The notes under the pieces are model-generated. The model worked only from the letters and a program-made list of their open reading frames with translations, did no database searches and was not told where the DNA came from. A stretch of 64,000 bases of DNA. Origin: an uncultured Candidatus Berkelbacteria bacterium (GTDB taxonomy: Bacteria; Patescibacteriota; UBA1384; UBA12157). The stretch is taken from NCBI GenBank assembly GCA_903877885.1, contig CAIRFN010000006.1, positions 86,054 through 150,053 of the forward strand, written 5' to 3'. Position 1 is the stretch's first letter; each line of letters opens with the position of its first letter. Below, in pieces: positions 10,099 to 20,982 of this stretch. The translations under genes and the position numbers were made by a program.

Positions 10099-10646
10099 AA
10101 CCAATTACAACTTTTACAACTAAATCCGGCAGAGAGGTTCAAATTATTGAACCGACGACGGAATGGCTGGATGAAATTACTCGCTGGACTAATATTATTG
10201 CCAAGGAAGATACATTTTTAACTTTTGATCCGGGTAAAGTCATTATCAAAGAAGATGAAGAAAAGTGGCTAAAGCACCAAATTGTTTGCAAAGAAAAAGG
10301 TACAGGCCTATTATTTTGGGCAATTTACAATAATCAGATTATCGGTTCAGTCGATATTCATCGCGGTTCTTCGATTCGCGATTATCATATTGGCACGGTT
10401 GGTTTGATTGTGGATCAAAATTTTCGCAACGATGGTTTAGGAAAGTTTTTGTTAAATTTGATTTTAGAAAAAGCCACAGAATTAGGAATTCGCACTGCTA
10501 TTTTACAGGTTTTTTCTGACAATGAAACGGGTCTGGCACTTTATCAAAAGGCCGGATTTATTGAATACGGCAAATTGCCAGATGGACTCTGGCGCAAAAA
10601 TCATTTTTCTGACGATATTTTTATGTATAAACATTTGTTAAAATGA
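10095..10646 (+). CDS. GNAT family N-acetyltransferase
   Basis: Acetyl-CoA binding region 'IGTVGLIVDQNFRNDGLGKFLLNLILEKA...LYQKAGF'. Confidence 0.7.
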   Translation: MKPITTFTTKSGREVQIIEPTTEWLDEITRWTNIIAKEDTFLTFDPGKVIIKEDEEKWLKHQIVCKEKGTGLLFWAIYNNQIIGSVDIHRGSSIRDYHIGTVGLIVDQNFRNDGLGKFLLNLILEKATELGIRTAILQVFSDNETGLALYQKAGFIEYGKLPDGLWRKNHFSDDIFMYKHLLK

Positions 10647-10653
10647 GGGGCAA

Positions 10654-12366
10654 ATGACAAATAAAGAAATTGCGCATACTTTAAATCAAATTGCTAAAAT
10701 TTTGGAAATTACTGATGTACTAAAGAATCGTTTTCGGGTAATTGCCTATCAACGCGCGGCGGAAAATATTGGTAATATGACCGAAGATTTGTCGACGCTT
10801 TATCATGAAAAAGGTCGCGAAGCGCTCGATGATTTGCCTGGTGTCGGCGAATCAATCGCTCAAAAAATCGAAGAGCTCTTAAACACCAAAAAGCTTAAAT
10901 ATTTGCAAGAACTCAAAAAGGAAATTCCGGTTGCTGAAGCCAATTTCTTAGATATTCCCGGCGTTGGTCCTAAAATGGCAGTTAAAATTGCTAAAGTTTT
11001 TAAAGCCAAAGACATTGACGATCTTAAAAAACGCTTAGAAGCGGGCGATGGTCAAGATATTTTTCAAGACAAAACACGCCGCAATTTGTTGCGCGGCATT
11101 GAAGTGATGGCCAAATTAACCGGTCGACTTTTGACTACCGAGGCCTTACCGATTGCCGAAGAAGTGACCAAGCGAGTCAGGAATATGAAAGAAACAATTC
11201 AAGCCGATTTTGTCGGAAGTTTGCGTCGATCAAAAGAAACGATTGGCGATCTTGATATTGTGGCTACAAGCAAGGAACCTAAAAAAATCATTGATAAATT
11301 TGTCAGACTTCCTTTTGTCGATCATATTATTACTCAAGGTCAAACCAAATCAACGATTATTCATTGGCAAGGTGTGCAAATCGATTTGGAAATCGTGCCC
11401 GAAGACGAATATGGTTCGCTTTTACAACATTTTACTGGTAGTAAAGAACATAATGTTGCTTTGCGAACTTTTGCTCAAACTCAAAATAAATCTGTTTCCG
11501 AGCATGGCATCAAAAGCAAAAACAAATTGCATAAATTTAAAACTGAAAAAGGTGTCTATAATTTTTTGGGACTTGATTATATTGAACCGGAATTGCGTGA
11601 AAATCGCGGTGAAATTGAAGCGGCTAAAAATCATACTTTGCCAAAACTAATCACCCTTTCCGATATCAAAGGCGACTTGCATGTTCATTCCGATTGGTCT
11701 GATGGCTTGATGTCCATCGAGGAAATTGCCACTCATACCGAAAAGATGGGTTATGAATATGTGGCCATTTCCGACCATACGGTTGGTTTGGGAATTGCCA
11801 ATGGTCTGGACGAGCAGGATTTAGTGGATCGCCAAAAGGAAATTGATAAGGTTCAAAAAAATCATAAGATTAAATTATTGTCGGCCGTGGAAGTGAATAT
11901 TAAAGCTAATGGTCAACTAGATATTAAAGACGAGATGCTCTCCAAACTGGATTTAGTTGTGGCTTCGGTTCACGCCAGTTTTCATCAAGAAAAAGAGGTG
12001 ATGACCGCCAGAATTTTGAGCGCGATTAACAATCCTAATGTGGATATTATTGGTCATCCGTCAGGTCGAATCATTGGTCAACGCGAAAGCTATGAAGTCG
12101 ATTGGCCACAAATTTTCGAAGCCTGCGCTAAAACCAAAACTGCTTTGGAAATTTCCGCCTTTCCTAATCGCCTTGACTTGATGGATTATTTGGTTCAAAC
12201 CGCAAAAAAAGCTGGGGTCAAATTTGCTATTTCAACAGATGCCCACCACACCAACCATTTTGATCTAATGCGTTATGGCATTGCCGTCGCCCGCCGCGGT
12301 TGGTTAGAAAAAGACGATGTGATAAATACCGGGTCTTTATCTGATCTAATCAATAAAAAATATTAA
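10654..12366 (+). CDS. polX: DNA polymerase X family protein with C-terminal PHP phosphoesterase domain
   Basis: N-terminal HhH and pol-beta nucleotidyltransferase region; PHP 'HVHSDWSDG'; 570 aa. Confidence 0.85.
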   Translation: MTNKEIAHTLNQIAKILEITDVLKNRFRVIAYQRAAENIGNMTEDLSTLYHEKGREALDDLPGVGESIAQKIEELLNTKKLKYLQELKKEIPVAEANFLDIPGVGPKMAVKIAKVFKAKDIDDLKKRLEAGDGQDIFQDKTRRNLLRGIEVMAKLTGRLLTTEALPIAEEVTKRVRNMKETIQADFVGSLRRSKETIGDLDIVATSKEPKKIIDKFVRLPFVDHIITQGQTKSTIIHWQGVQIDLEIVPEDEYGSLLQHFTGSKEHNVALRTFAQTQNKSVSEHGIKSKNKLHKFKTEKGVYNFLGLDYIEPELRENRGEIEAAKNHTLPKLITLSDIKGDLHVHSDWSDGLMSIEEIATHTEKMGYEYVAISDHTVGLGIANGLDEQDLVDRQKEIDKVQKNHKIKLLSAVEVNIKANGQLDIKDEMLSKLDLVVASVHASFHQEKEVMTARILSAINNPNVDIIGHPSGRIIGQRESYEVDWPQIFEACAKTKTALEISAFPNRLDLMDYLVQTAKKAGVKFAISTDAHHTNHFDLMRYGIAVARRGWLEKDDVINTGSLSDLINKKY

Positions 12367-12438
12367 ACTTGAATTCCATTCCTAATTCGGTTACGATAGA
12401 GACTGGAAGTTACTTTAAAGCTCTCTAAAGGAGATGGG

Positions 12439-13116
12439 TTGATTGAAGTTATTGGATTAAGTAAACAATATGGGAATATTTTGGCGGTCGACAATATCAA
12501 TGCCAAAATTGAACGCGGCGAATTCGTGTTTTTAGTTGGGCCTTCCGGCGCTGGCAAATCTACTTTGATTAAATTGCTGGTTTGCGAAGAACGACCGACT
12601 TCAGGCAAAATTATTGTGGCCGAACGAAATATCGCCAAACTTTTGCCTTCCGAACTACCATATTACCGCCGCAAAGTCGGCGTTGTTTTTCAGGATTTTA
12701 AACTTTTACCGCAAAAAACCGTTTATGAAAATGTCGCTTTCGCTTTGGAAGTATGTGACGCCACTCGCGCTGAAATCGAAGATAAAGTCCCCAAAATTTT
12801 AGATTTAGTCGGAATGCTTAAACGCCGAAATAACTTACCAAGCGAACTTTCCGGCGGCGAACGCCAACGCGTTAGTATCGCCCGGGCCATGATTCATAAT
12901 CCGAAAATTCTAATTGCTGATGAACCGACTGGTAATCTCGATCCAGTTAATGCTTGGGAAATCGTCGATTTACTGGAACGCGTTAATAATTTAGGTACAA
13001 CCATTATTTTTGCCACCCATAATAAAAGTATTGTCGATCGCTTAAAGCGCCGCGTGATTTTAATGAAAGGCGGCAAAATTGTGTCCGACCGAATTAAGGG
13101 AGGCTACGCCATATGA
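12439..13116 (+). CDS. ftsE: Cell division ATP-binding protein FtsE
   Basis: Walker A 'GPSGAGKST', ABC signature 'LSGGERQR'; followed by ftsX. Confidence 0.9.
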   Translation: MIEVIGLSKQYGNILAVDNINAKIERGEFVFLVGPSGAGKSTLIKLLVCEERPTSGKIIVAERNIAKLLPSELPYYRRKVGVVFQDFKLLPQKTVYENVAFALEVCDATRAEIEDKVPKILDLVGMLKRRNNLPSELSGGERQRVSIARAMIHNPKILIADEPTGNLDPVNAWEIVDLLERVNNLGTTIIFATHNKSIVDRLKRRVILMKGGKIVSDRIKGGYAI

Positions 13117-14027
13117 GAGCAGAATCATCGCGAAGAATTATTAAATTGGGGCTCACTAATTTCTGGCGTAACCGTTGGTTAAGCTTTACCGCCACTTTGA
13201 TTATGACTTTGACTTTGTTGATTGTCAGTTTTTTTGCGATTTCTAATTTAGCAATTAGTCGGGAAACTAAAACCATTCGCGAAAAAATGGATGTCAGTGT
13301 TTATTTTAATGATTCGGCCTCAACGACTCAAATTACGGACATGCAAAAACAATTGGCCAGTAGAACCGATATCCGTCAGATTGCCTATGTTTCTAAAGAA
13401 GAGGCTTTAGTTGCCTGTAAAAAAGACATTGTTTGCAATCGAACAATCACGGCCAATAACTCGACCGAAAATCCGTTACCACGAAGTTTACAAATTAAAC
13501 CCGATCAGGCTGAAAGTCTGCCTCAAATCGCCGATTTCTTAAAGCAAGAGCAGTTCAAATCAATTGTTCAAAAAATCAGTTATCAGGACAATAGCCAAAT
13601 TGTTGATCGATTAGTTGGTATTACTTCGTTTACGCGCGAATTTGGTTGGTTGGTTTGTCTGGTTTTTATTTTTATTTCCATTTTGGTAGTTATTAATACG
13701 ATTCGTTTAACGATGTTTACCAGACGTGACGAGATTGAAATTATGCGACTGGTTGGCGCCAATGACGCGTTTATCAAAATTCCTTTTTTGATTGAAGGTT
13801 TGATTTATGGTATTTTGGCGACAATTCTCGCCGTTGGCTTGGTTTGGGCAGGAGTAGCTTTAATTTTACCTCGGGTTAGTCACTATCTTGGTGCAACTAG
13901 CAGTATTGCGTTGATGACTTTTTTCTATAATAATTTTTGGTTAATGTTTGGCTTAGAATTAATTGTTGGCGTGGCTATTGGCATTTGTTGTAGCTTGATT
14001 ATTATTCGCAAACATTTGAAATTTTAA
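13113..14027 (+). CDS. ftsX: Cell division permease FtsX
   Basis: Overlaps ftsE stop; large periplasmic loop plus 4 TM segments; 304 aa. Confidence 0.85.
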   Translation: MRAESSRRIIKLGLTNFWRNRWLSFTATLIMTLTLLIVSFFAISNLAISRETKTIREKMDVSVYFNDSASTTQITDMQKQLASRTDIRQIAYVSKEEALVACKKDIVCNRTITANNSTENPLPRSLQIKPDQAESLPQIADFLKQEQFKSIVQKISYQDNSQIVDRLVGITSFTREFGWLVCLVFIFISILVVINTIRLTMFTRRDEIEIMRLVGANDAFIKIPFLIEGLIYGILATILAVGLVWAGVALILPRVSHYLGATSSIALMTFFYNNFWLMFGLELIVGVAIGICCSLIIIRKHLKF

Positions 14028-15224
14028 ATGAAAACAAGGTTATATCAACTTATTTTGGTTTTACTAATGCTGGCTGTTGCCGGTGTTAGTTTTCCTTATA
14101 GTGCTAAAGCTAATGCCATTGATGATAAGAAAAAGCAGATCGCCGATTTACAACAGCAAATTCAATCAACCCAAGCCACCTTATCACAAAAATCAGAACA
14201 GGTTCAATCGCTTCAGGGCCAAATTGAGACTATGAATACGCAAATTCATCAGACCGAATTACAGATTTCGCAAACTCAAGATCAAACCGATCAAACCCAA
14301 TTAGAAATAAATGATCTAACGACGCAAATTTCTGCTCAAGAAGCAGATTTGGTGACTAAAAAAGCCGATTTAGCCGAAATCGCCCGTCAGGTTTATGAAG
14401 CTGGCACACCTTCAACTTTGGAAATTATTGTTGGTTCAAATTCGCTCTCGGAAATTATGGATAAAACTCAATATATGGATTCGATTAATCAACAAGTTCA
14501 AGATAAAATTGCCGAAATTAATCAGATTAAAACCGATTTAGAAACAAAAAAAGCTGATCAAGAACAGAAAAAGCAAGATTTAGGCCAACTTCTATCGCAA
14601 CAAAAAGAGTTTCAATCCGGTCTTGATTCGCAAAAAGCCAATAAAGCTGATCTTTTAACTCAAACTAAAGGTCAACAAGCAGAATATCAAAAAATTCTGG
14701 CTCAAAAACAAGCCGAATGGGATCAATCCAATGCTGAACTACGTCAAATGGAAGGTGGCACGATTGGTGTGGCCGGTGCCTACAAATTACTTTTTTGGCC
14801 AATGCTTGGTCGACTTGGTGTGCCATTTGGCGCTTGCGGCTGTCAAGCTTATTTTTGTGGCAAGTGTCATACCGGAGTGGATATTATCGCTCCCTATGCT
14901 ACGCCAATTAAAGCGGCTAAAGACGGTATTGTGGTTGATGTAGTCAATGGTTGTCGCGATCATATTGGCCTAAATGTACCTTATAGTATGATTATTTGTG
15001 GCGGTGGTTATGGTAATCATGTTAAAATAAAATCGAGCGATGGCTATAGCGAAATTTATGGTCATATGACGCCAGGTTCACTTAAGGTTTCTGTCGGTCA
15101 ATCGGTTAAAGGCGGAAAAACTGTTTTGGGTAACGAAGGTTCTTCTGGTTATTCGACCGGTTATCATTTGCATTTTGAAATTCGTAGTCCGGCCAATGTG
15201 CCAGTCGGCCCATCATTACCGTGA
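14028..15224 (+). CDS. Coiled-coil M23 family metallopeptidase (EnvC/murein hydrolase activator-like)
   Basis: Signal peptide, Q-rich coiled coil, C-terminal M23 motif 'GYHLHFEIR'. Sits directly after ftsEX. Confidence 0.8.
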   Translation: MKTRLYQLILVLLMLAVAGVSFPYSAKANAIDDKKKQIADLQQQIQSTQATLSQKSEQVQSLQGQIETMNTQIHQTELQISQTQDQTDQTQLEINDLTTQISAQEADLVTKKADLAEIARQVYEAGTPSTLEIIVGSNSLSEIMDKTQYMDSINQQVQDKIAEINQIKTDLETKKADQEQKKQDLGQLLSQQKEFQSGLDSQKANKADLLTQTKGQQAEYQKILAQKQAEWDQSNAELRQMEGGTIGVAGAYKLLFWPMLGRLGVPFGACGCQAYFCGKCHTGVDIIAPYATPIKAAKDGIVVDVVNGCRDHIGLNVPYSMIICGGGYGNHVKIKSSDGYSEIYGHMTPGSLKVSVGQSVKGGKTVLGNEGSSGYSTGYHLHFEIRSPANVPVGPSLP

Positions 15225-15237
15225 GAAAGAGGTAAAA

Positions 15238-15456
15238 ATGTCTATTCTACTTATAATCTATTTTATTTTTCTGTTCTGCTACATTATTTTTAATGTTTAT
15301 GCGATTCTAAGAGTTCGGTCAATGCGACTTGAGGGCGATAAAACTAATACTTTTCTAGCAATTTATTCTATTGTTTTAGTAATCATTATTTTAATTTCTT
15401 TGATCACTATTTTAGGTTTAAATTGGTCGACAAATTTAAATTTACCGATTAATTAG
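15238..15456 (+). CDS. small membrane protein
   Basis: Two hydrophobic segments; RBS-like AGAGGTAAAA before the ATG. Confidence 0.3.
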   Translation: MSILLIIYFIFLFCYIIFNVYAILRVRSMRLEGDKTNTFLAIYSIVLVIIILISLITILGLNWSTNLNLPIN

Positions 15457-15467
15457 AAAGTTTTTTT

Positions 15468-16292
15468 ATGGCTTTTATTAAAAATCCTATTCCAGGACAT
15501 GAAAATGATCAAATTATAATTTTTGCTCGCCGGCATTTTGCCTCGATGATTGGTACGGTATTTATAATTTTGATTATGATTATTATTCCAATTTTTTTAA
15601 TGAATGGTATAAAAGTTGCTAGTCCAAAAATTCTTTCCACAATTGCAGCCAATTTTATTTTTGTGATTGGTTCAATTTACTATTTAGTTTTAGCTGCTTT
15701 TGTTTTTATGCAGTGGGTTAGTTATTATTACGATATTTTAATTGTGACCGATAAAGAAGTTTTGGATATTAAACAAATTGGACTTTTTGACCGTCAAATC
15801 ACGGAAATTTCCTTACTTCGAATTCAAGATGTTTCTGCTCAAGTCAACGGTTTTTGGCCAACTTTGTTTAATTACGGCGATGTCGTTGCTGAAAGCGCTG
15901 GGGAAAATAGTCGGACTTACGTGATTGAAAATATCGGTAATCCGATTAAAATTGCTAATCAGATTTTACAATTGCATACCGAACATATTGATAAAGAGGA
16001 TCGCGCGGCCGAAATAATTGTGGCTGAAGGTGATTTACGTGGTGGCTATCGAAGTACTCCATCTTGTCCGCCTTGCGAACCTTGCCAACCAGCTACATCA
16101 TCAAGTTCGTTTGCATCTTCCGAGCCATTGACCGAGATTCAACCAAATGTGACTGTTAAAACTCCATTTGGATCATCGTCGCAATCGCCAGTAGAAAATC
16201 AATCACAACCAACATATCAAACTGAAGATCAAGCCGAACAAGGTGATATTTCTAAAGATGATTTAGACAAAGGCGGCGAGGTCAAACTTTAG
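15468..16292 (+). CDS. membrane protein with bacterial PH (bPH_2/YdbT-like) domain and Cys/Pro/Ser-rich C-terminal tail
   Basis: TM hairpin followed by 'YYYDILIVTDKEVLDIKQ...ISLLRIQDV'; tail 'CPPCEPCQPATSSSS'. Confidence 0.45.
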   Translation: MAFIKNPIPGHENDQIIIFARRHFASMIGTVFIILIMIIIPIFLMNGIKVASPKILSTIAANFIFVIGSIYYLVLAAFVFMQWVSYYYDILIVTDKEVLDIKQIGLFDRQITEISLLRIQDVSAQVNGFWPTLFNYGDVVAESAGENSRTYVIENIGNPIKIANQILQLHTEHIDKEDRAAEIIVAEGDLRGGYRSTPSCPPCEPCQPATSSSSFASSEPLTEIQPNVTVKTPFGSSSQSPVENQSQPTYQTEDQAEQGDISKDDLDKGGEVKL

Positions 16293-16302
16293 GACTTAAA
16301 AG

Positions 16303-18147
16303 ATGTCGGATTCGTTCAAGCGTCTTTTGATTTTTATTTTATTTTTTAGTTTCGTTCTCTTTTTTGGCTTACAAAAAGTTCAGGCCTCTGATTCTGATAT
16401 TGTGATTAATGAAGTAATGGTGCATCCATCATCTCCTCAAGATAAAAATGAATGGATCGAGCTTTACAATAACAGTTCTAAAGATATTGATATCAATGGT
16501 TGGACACTTAAATGCGGCAGCTCTTCAGAAAAAACAATAATCGATACAGAAACAATTATTGCTGGTCACGACTATTTAATTTTAGCTCGTGATAAAACAA
16601 TTTTTCATGGTTTTCCAGTAATCCAAGTTGATATGGGACGAGGCTTAACTGATGGAGGAAGTAGTGTAATACTTGCTAATAATGATGGGAATAGTAGTGT
16701 TTTTACTTGGTCCAAGGATAGCAAAATCGATTATTCATGGGAGAGAATATCGCCTGAAGAATCAGATATACAAGAAAGTTATATTAGCGATGGTACACCG
16801 GGAGAGGAAAATTCTAGTAAAAAAGATATTCCAGCGCCGCTGGCTGCGACAGATTTAAAAACTGATATTACTGGTCCAAATTCGGTTGATTTTTCTTGGG
16901 AAAATACTGACAAGCAAAAATTAAGTTTTACTTTATTATTGTGGCAAAACGAGGATAAATCTGATCAACAAGAAATCGATTGTTCAACCACTAAAAGTTA
17001 TTCAGCTAAAAATCTGGAATATGGAGATTATCATTGGCAAATAACATCAGCGAATGAAAATGAAGATACTACTTCCGACATTCAAACTTTTACTTTAGAA
17101 AAACCAGATTATTCTAAAAACATTATTATCAATGAAATTTCACCACATCCAGGAACTGGAACAGATGACGAATTTATCGAACTAACAAATACTGGCGATG
17201 ATGAAGTTGATTTAACTGGCTGGTTTTTAGACGATGCTGAAGGTGGTAGCACTCCTTATGAAATTCCATCTGGAAATAAAATTGGTCCAGATGAATTTTT
17301 GGTTTTTTATAAAATCGATACAAAATTATCTTTGAATGACGCGGGCGATTCGGCGCGATTGCTTTTTCCCGACGAAACCGTGGCGTCAAGTCAAAGCTAT
17401 ACTGACGCGCCAACCGATCAATCTTGGGCGAGAGATGTAAAAAACGTGTGGAGTTGGACGGAAAAAATAACACCAAAGGCCACCAATATTATTTATTTAA
17501 CACCAAAACCAGTAGCTGTAACTACCGAAGAAGATGTGGTAGTTATTAATAAAACGCCAATTAAAATCAAAACTGGAAAAACAAAAAATTATAAAAATAA
17601 ATTAGTCGAAGTCGAAGCTACAGTGGTGGAAACTTCTGGCCGAACTTTTTATCTTGACGATGGTTCTGGTAAAGCTAAAATTTACATTCAGACGCAAACG
17701 AAAATTCAAAAACCACCAATGCATAAAGGTGATATTTTTGGGCTAATTGGCGTGGTTAATTTATATCGCGAAACATGGCGAATTTTGCCGCGCGATCAAG
17801 AAGATATTTGGTTAATTGAATCAGCTACCAAAAAATCAGTGGCATTAGCTAAAACAACGCCAAAAAAAATTGCATCGACTTCCAACGAAGAATCGACTGA
17901 TGTTTCAGCGAAAACTAACCAAGCCCGGGCGCCAAATTTATTAAATCCAATTGGCGAGGTTAAAGCGGCGGAAGCGGCAAATATAATATCAACCGAAAAT
18001 AATGCGACTAATACTCCGTGGTGGCTCAATTTAATCGAGACCTTGATTGGACTTGCGATTATTTTTATGGTAATATTAGTTATTAAAATAAAACAACGAC
18101 CACATTTTAAAGTGATCGGAGGAAATTTTGGTAACGACGACACATGA
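16303..18147 (+). CDS. Lamin-tail-domain (LTD) repeat surface protein with C-terminal TM anchor
   Basis: Two LTD-like segments ('IVINEVMVHPSS...NEWIELYNNS...INGWTL' and 'IIINEISPHPG...DEFIELTNTGDDEVDLTGWFL'); signal peptide; C-terminal TM. Confidence 0.6.
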   Translation: MSDSFKRLLIFILFFSFVLFFGLQKVQASDSDIVINEVMVHPSSPQDKNEWIELYNNSSKDIDINGWTLKCGSSSEKTIIDTETIIAGHDYLILARDKTIFHGFPVIQVDMGRGLTDGGSSVILANNDGNSSVFTWSKDSKIDYSWERISPEESDIQESYISDGTPGEENSSKKDIPAPLAATDLKTDITGPNSVDFSWENTDKQKLSFTLLLWQNEDKSDQQEIDCSTTKSYSAKNLEYGDYHWQITSANENEDTTSDIQTFTLEKPDYSKNIIINEISPHPGTGTDDEFIELTNTGDDEVDLTGWFLDDAEGGSTPYEIPSGNKIGPDEFLVFYKIDTKLSLNDAGDSARLLFPDETVASSQSYTDAPTDQSWARDVKNVWSWTEKITPKATNIIYLTPKPVAVTTEEDVVVINKTPIKIKTGKTKNYKNKLVEVEATVVETSGRTFYLDDGSGKAKIYIQTQTKIQKPPMHKGDIFGLIGVVNLYRETWRILPRDQEDIWLIESATKKSVALAKTTPKKIASTSNEESTDVSAKTNQARAPNLLNPIGEVKAAEAANIISTENNATNTPWWLNLIETLIGLAIIFMVILVIKIKQRPHFKVIGGNFGNDDT

Positions 18148-18562
18148 CCAAATGGAAACAATTGAATTGGCCCAAAAGCTGGCTAAAAAACTGGTTGGTG
18201 GGAAAGTTTTGGCTCTTCATGGCGATTTAGGTGGTGGCAAAACCACTTTCACCAAAGGCTTAGCCGAAGCTTTAAAAGTTGAAGAAATAATTACTTCGCC
18301 AACTTTTGTCATGCTTAAAAATTATCCAGCCAAATTATCTGATGGTAAAAAAATCGAGTTAGTTCATATTGACGCTTATCGGGCGGAAACTATTGACGAT
18401 ATTAAATCAGTCGGCATTGAAGACTTTTTAAACCGTGATGATGTGGTAATGGTGGTCGAGTGGGCGGAAAAAATCAGCGAAATATTACCTAAAAATATGA
18501 TTAATATTAATTTTAAATTTATTGACGAGAACACTCGCGCCATTGAAATTGAGGATAAATGA
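18128..18562 (+). CDS. tsaE: tRNA t6A37 biosynthesis protein TsaE
   Basis: 'GDLGGGKTTFTKG' P-loop and 'SPTFV' motif. Confidence 0.8.
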   Translation: MVTTTHDQMETIELAQKLAKKLVGGKVLALHGDLGGGKTTFTKGLAEALKVEEIITSPTFVMLKNYPAKLSDGKKIELVHIDAYRAETIDDIKSVGIEDFLNRDDVVMVVEWAEKISEILPKNMININFKFIDENTRAIEIEDK

Positions 18563-18927
18563 TTCTAATAATTAGCACACTGAATCGATACGATTTTTCA
18601 CTTGGCTTATTTGACGACCAATTAATTATGGAAACGTTTGATACTCAAGATCAATCCCAAGATTTATTACCGCAAATCGATTTATTTTTGAAAAATAACA
18701 AAATTACTTTACAAGATCTGACCGCCATTTTTGTTGATTTGGGACCCGGTTCATACACCGGGATTCGCGTTGGCGTCACCATTGCTAATACTTTAGCTTG
18801 GTCTTTAAATATTCCAGTATATGGCTTTAAAACCGAAGAACTAAAAAAATCTTTGGTAGAAACAAAAATCTCTGACAATTTTACCCATCCGGTCTTGCCT
18901 TTGTATCAAGATAAAAAAATGATATAA
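18559..18927 (+). CDS. tsaB: tRNA t6A37 biosynthesis protein TsaB (short form)
   Basis: 'DLGPGSYTGIRVGVTIAN' YeaZ-family motif; 122 aa, shorter than canonical. Confidence 0.65.
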   Translation: MILIISTLNRYDFSLGLFDDQLIMETFDTQDQSQDLLPQIDLFLKNNKITLQDLTAIFVDLGPGSYTGIRVGVTIANTLAWSLNIPVYGFKTEELKKSLVETKISDNFTHPVLPLYQDKKMI

Positions 18928-18967
18928 TAATTGAAGATTAAGGGGATGTTTTTAATTTAAGGAAAAA

Positions 18968-20368
18968 ATGTCATATCGAAGAAAAACGGTTGTTGGTTTT
19001 ACTCGATCGAACGCCACTACTGTTCGTTGGCTCTTTTTTGCGGCTGTGGTATTGGTGATTTGTGTTGGCGCTTGGCTAGGCAGCTTATTTTTTAATTCGA
19101 TTGGTAAAGCCACGGCTGATTCGGGTAAAAATTCTTTACTTTCGATCTTTTCAAGTAAAATTCAAGGCGAAGCTGAAGGCCGCACCAATATTTTGATTTT
19201 AGGTCAAGGTGGCGACAATCATCCTGGCGGCAACTTAACCGATACTATTGAAGTAATGTCGATCGATTGGACTGATAAAAAAGTAGCAATGATTTCACTC
19301 CCGCGGGATTTATGGGTTCAAATTCCTGGCGGTGGTTATACTAAAATTAATGGCATTGAGTATTACGGTGGTCTTAATTCTAAAAAAACTGGTCTTAGTG
19401 GTGGAAAAGCAATTTCGCAAACCGTTAGTCAAGTTTTAGGTATTCCGATTCAATACTATGTCGAGATTGATTTTACTGGTTTTAAAGAAATTGTGGATAA
19501 ACTTGGTGGCGTGGACATTTATGTGGACAAAGCAATTTCCGATCCGTTTTATCCAGCCGCGGATATGATTCATTACGATCCTTTTTATATCACTGTTGGT
19601 TGGCATCATATGGACGGCGCTTTGGCATTAAAATACTCGCGATCGCGCGAAACTACTTCTGATTTTGACCGCGCTCGCCGCCAACAACAGGTTATTGCTG
19701 CGATTAAAACAAAACTAGCTTCAGCTCAAACATTAGCCAATCCTTTAAAAATCACCGATCTTTTAGGAATTGTTGGTAATCGTATTAAAACCGATTTTTC
19801 AGCCGGTGAAATCAAATCTTTATGGGATAAAATCCAGGGGATCGATCAGGCTAATGCGATTAGTTATGTTTTTGATACTAATCCTCAAGGACCGCTGGTG
19901 GCGACTCAAGATGAGCGCGGTTACATTATTATCCCAAGAAAAGGAATTGGTAAATATGACGATTTACAATATATTGCCAAAAACATCTTTGTTTTAACGC
20001 CAGATCAAATTAATCAAGGTTATACTTTAAGTCCAGCCGCCCAAGCGGAAATCAAACCAAAAGCCTCACCGAGTCCAAGTATCGCGGTAGTAAAACCAAA
20101 AATCGAAATTTTAAACGCCAGTAATACAAAAGATGCGGCTGTAAAACTAGCCACTACTTTAGAAACTCAAGGTTATAATATTCTTTCAAACGGCAATACT
20201 AATGATAGTTACCGCCAAACTACTGTTTTTAGTTGTGATAATTCACTGAATATTAATACACTCCAAATTGCTAAAACTTTAGCCAGTCAACTTAAGGCTG
20301 TAGCTAAATCAAAATCTAGTTGTAGCGGCTATGATATTCAAATTATTATTGGTCAAAGTGGTACTTAA
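18968..20368 (+). CDS. LytR-CpsA-Psr (LCP) family protein with LytR_C domain
   Basis: N-terminal TM, 'ILILGQGGDNHPGGNLTDTIEVMSID...ISLPRDLWV' LCP core; C-terminal LytR_C-like 'IEILNASNTKDAA'. Confidence 0.85.
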   Translation: MSYRRKTVVGFTRSNATTVRWLFFAAVVLVICVGAWLGSLFFNSIGKATADSGKNSLLSIFSSKIQGEAEGRTNILILGQGGDNHPGGNLTDTIEVMSIDWTDKKVAMISLPRDLWVQIPGGGYTKINGIEYYGGLNSKKTGLSGGKAISQTVSQVLGIPIQYYVEIDFTGFKEIVDKLGGVDIYVDKAISDPFYPAADMIHYDPFYITVGWHHMDGALALKYSRSRETTSDFDRARRQQQVIAAIKTKLASAQTLANPLKITDLLGIVGNRIKTDFSAGEIKSLWDKIQGIDQANAISYVFDTNPQGPLVATQDERGYIIIPRKGIGKYDDLQYIAKNIFVLTPDQINQGYTLSPAAQAEIKPKASPSPSIAVVKPKIEILNASNTKDAAVKLATTLETQGYNILSNGNTNDSYRQTTVFSCDNSLNINTLQIAKTLASQLKAVAKSKSSCSGYDIQIIIGQSGT

Positions 20369-20370
20369 AT

Positions 20371-20982
20371 ATGACTAAAGATCATTGGTTTTGGCAAATA
20401 AAAGTTATTTTGGGTTTATTTTTGGCTGCCGCGATTTACGGTTTCTTTTATTTTGAAACTTCAAATTTACTAAATATAATTGTTGCTATTATTGCAGTTG
20501 TAACTTACGCCTGGGCGATTTTTCAAAAAACCGAGGTGCCGGCGGCGGCCAGTAAAAGAGAAATAGCAATTCTCTTTACGCTCTATTTAGGTTTTTACAG
20601 TTTATACAATTTACTTTATGGTGTTGGCGCTCAATTAGCTTTAGTTATGCTTGCTGTCTGGCTTTTAGTCAGTGTTCTTTTTATTATTCTGCTAATTCTT
20701 GATAAAATTAATACAATTTTGGCTCATCCCCTGTTTTGGACTTTTTCCGCACTGATTGGTCTAATTATTTTGGAAATTTTCTTAAGTTTGTCTTTTTGGC
20801 CAATTGATCCAAAGATTAAAAGTCTGATTTTAGTAGTAATATTTTATTTAACTACAAACCTGATTTACTTGTATACGCACAATATGTTAAAATTTAAAAA
20901 GATTATAGGATTTTTAATTGTCAGCTTTTTGATTTTAGGTTTATTTATTTTGAGTCTGTGGCTTAGTCTCAAAGGAGGGTAA
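20371..20982 (+). CDS. polytopic membrane protein, hypothetical
   Basis: Six hydrophobic segments. Confidence 0.4.
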   Translation: MTKDHWFWQIKVILGLFLAAAIYGFFYFETSNLLNIIVAIIAVVTYAWAIFQKTEVPAAASKREIAILFTLYLGFYSLYNLLYGVGAQLALVMLAVWLLVSVLFIILLILDKINTILAHPLFWTFSALIGLIILEIFLSLSFWPIDPKIKSLILVVIFYLTTNLIYLYTHNMLKFKKIIGFLIVSFLILGLFILSLWLSLKGG

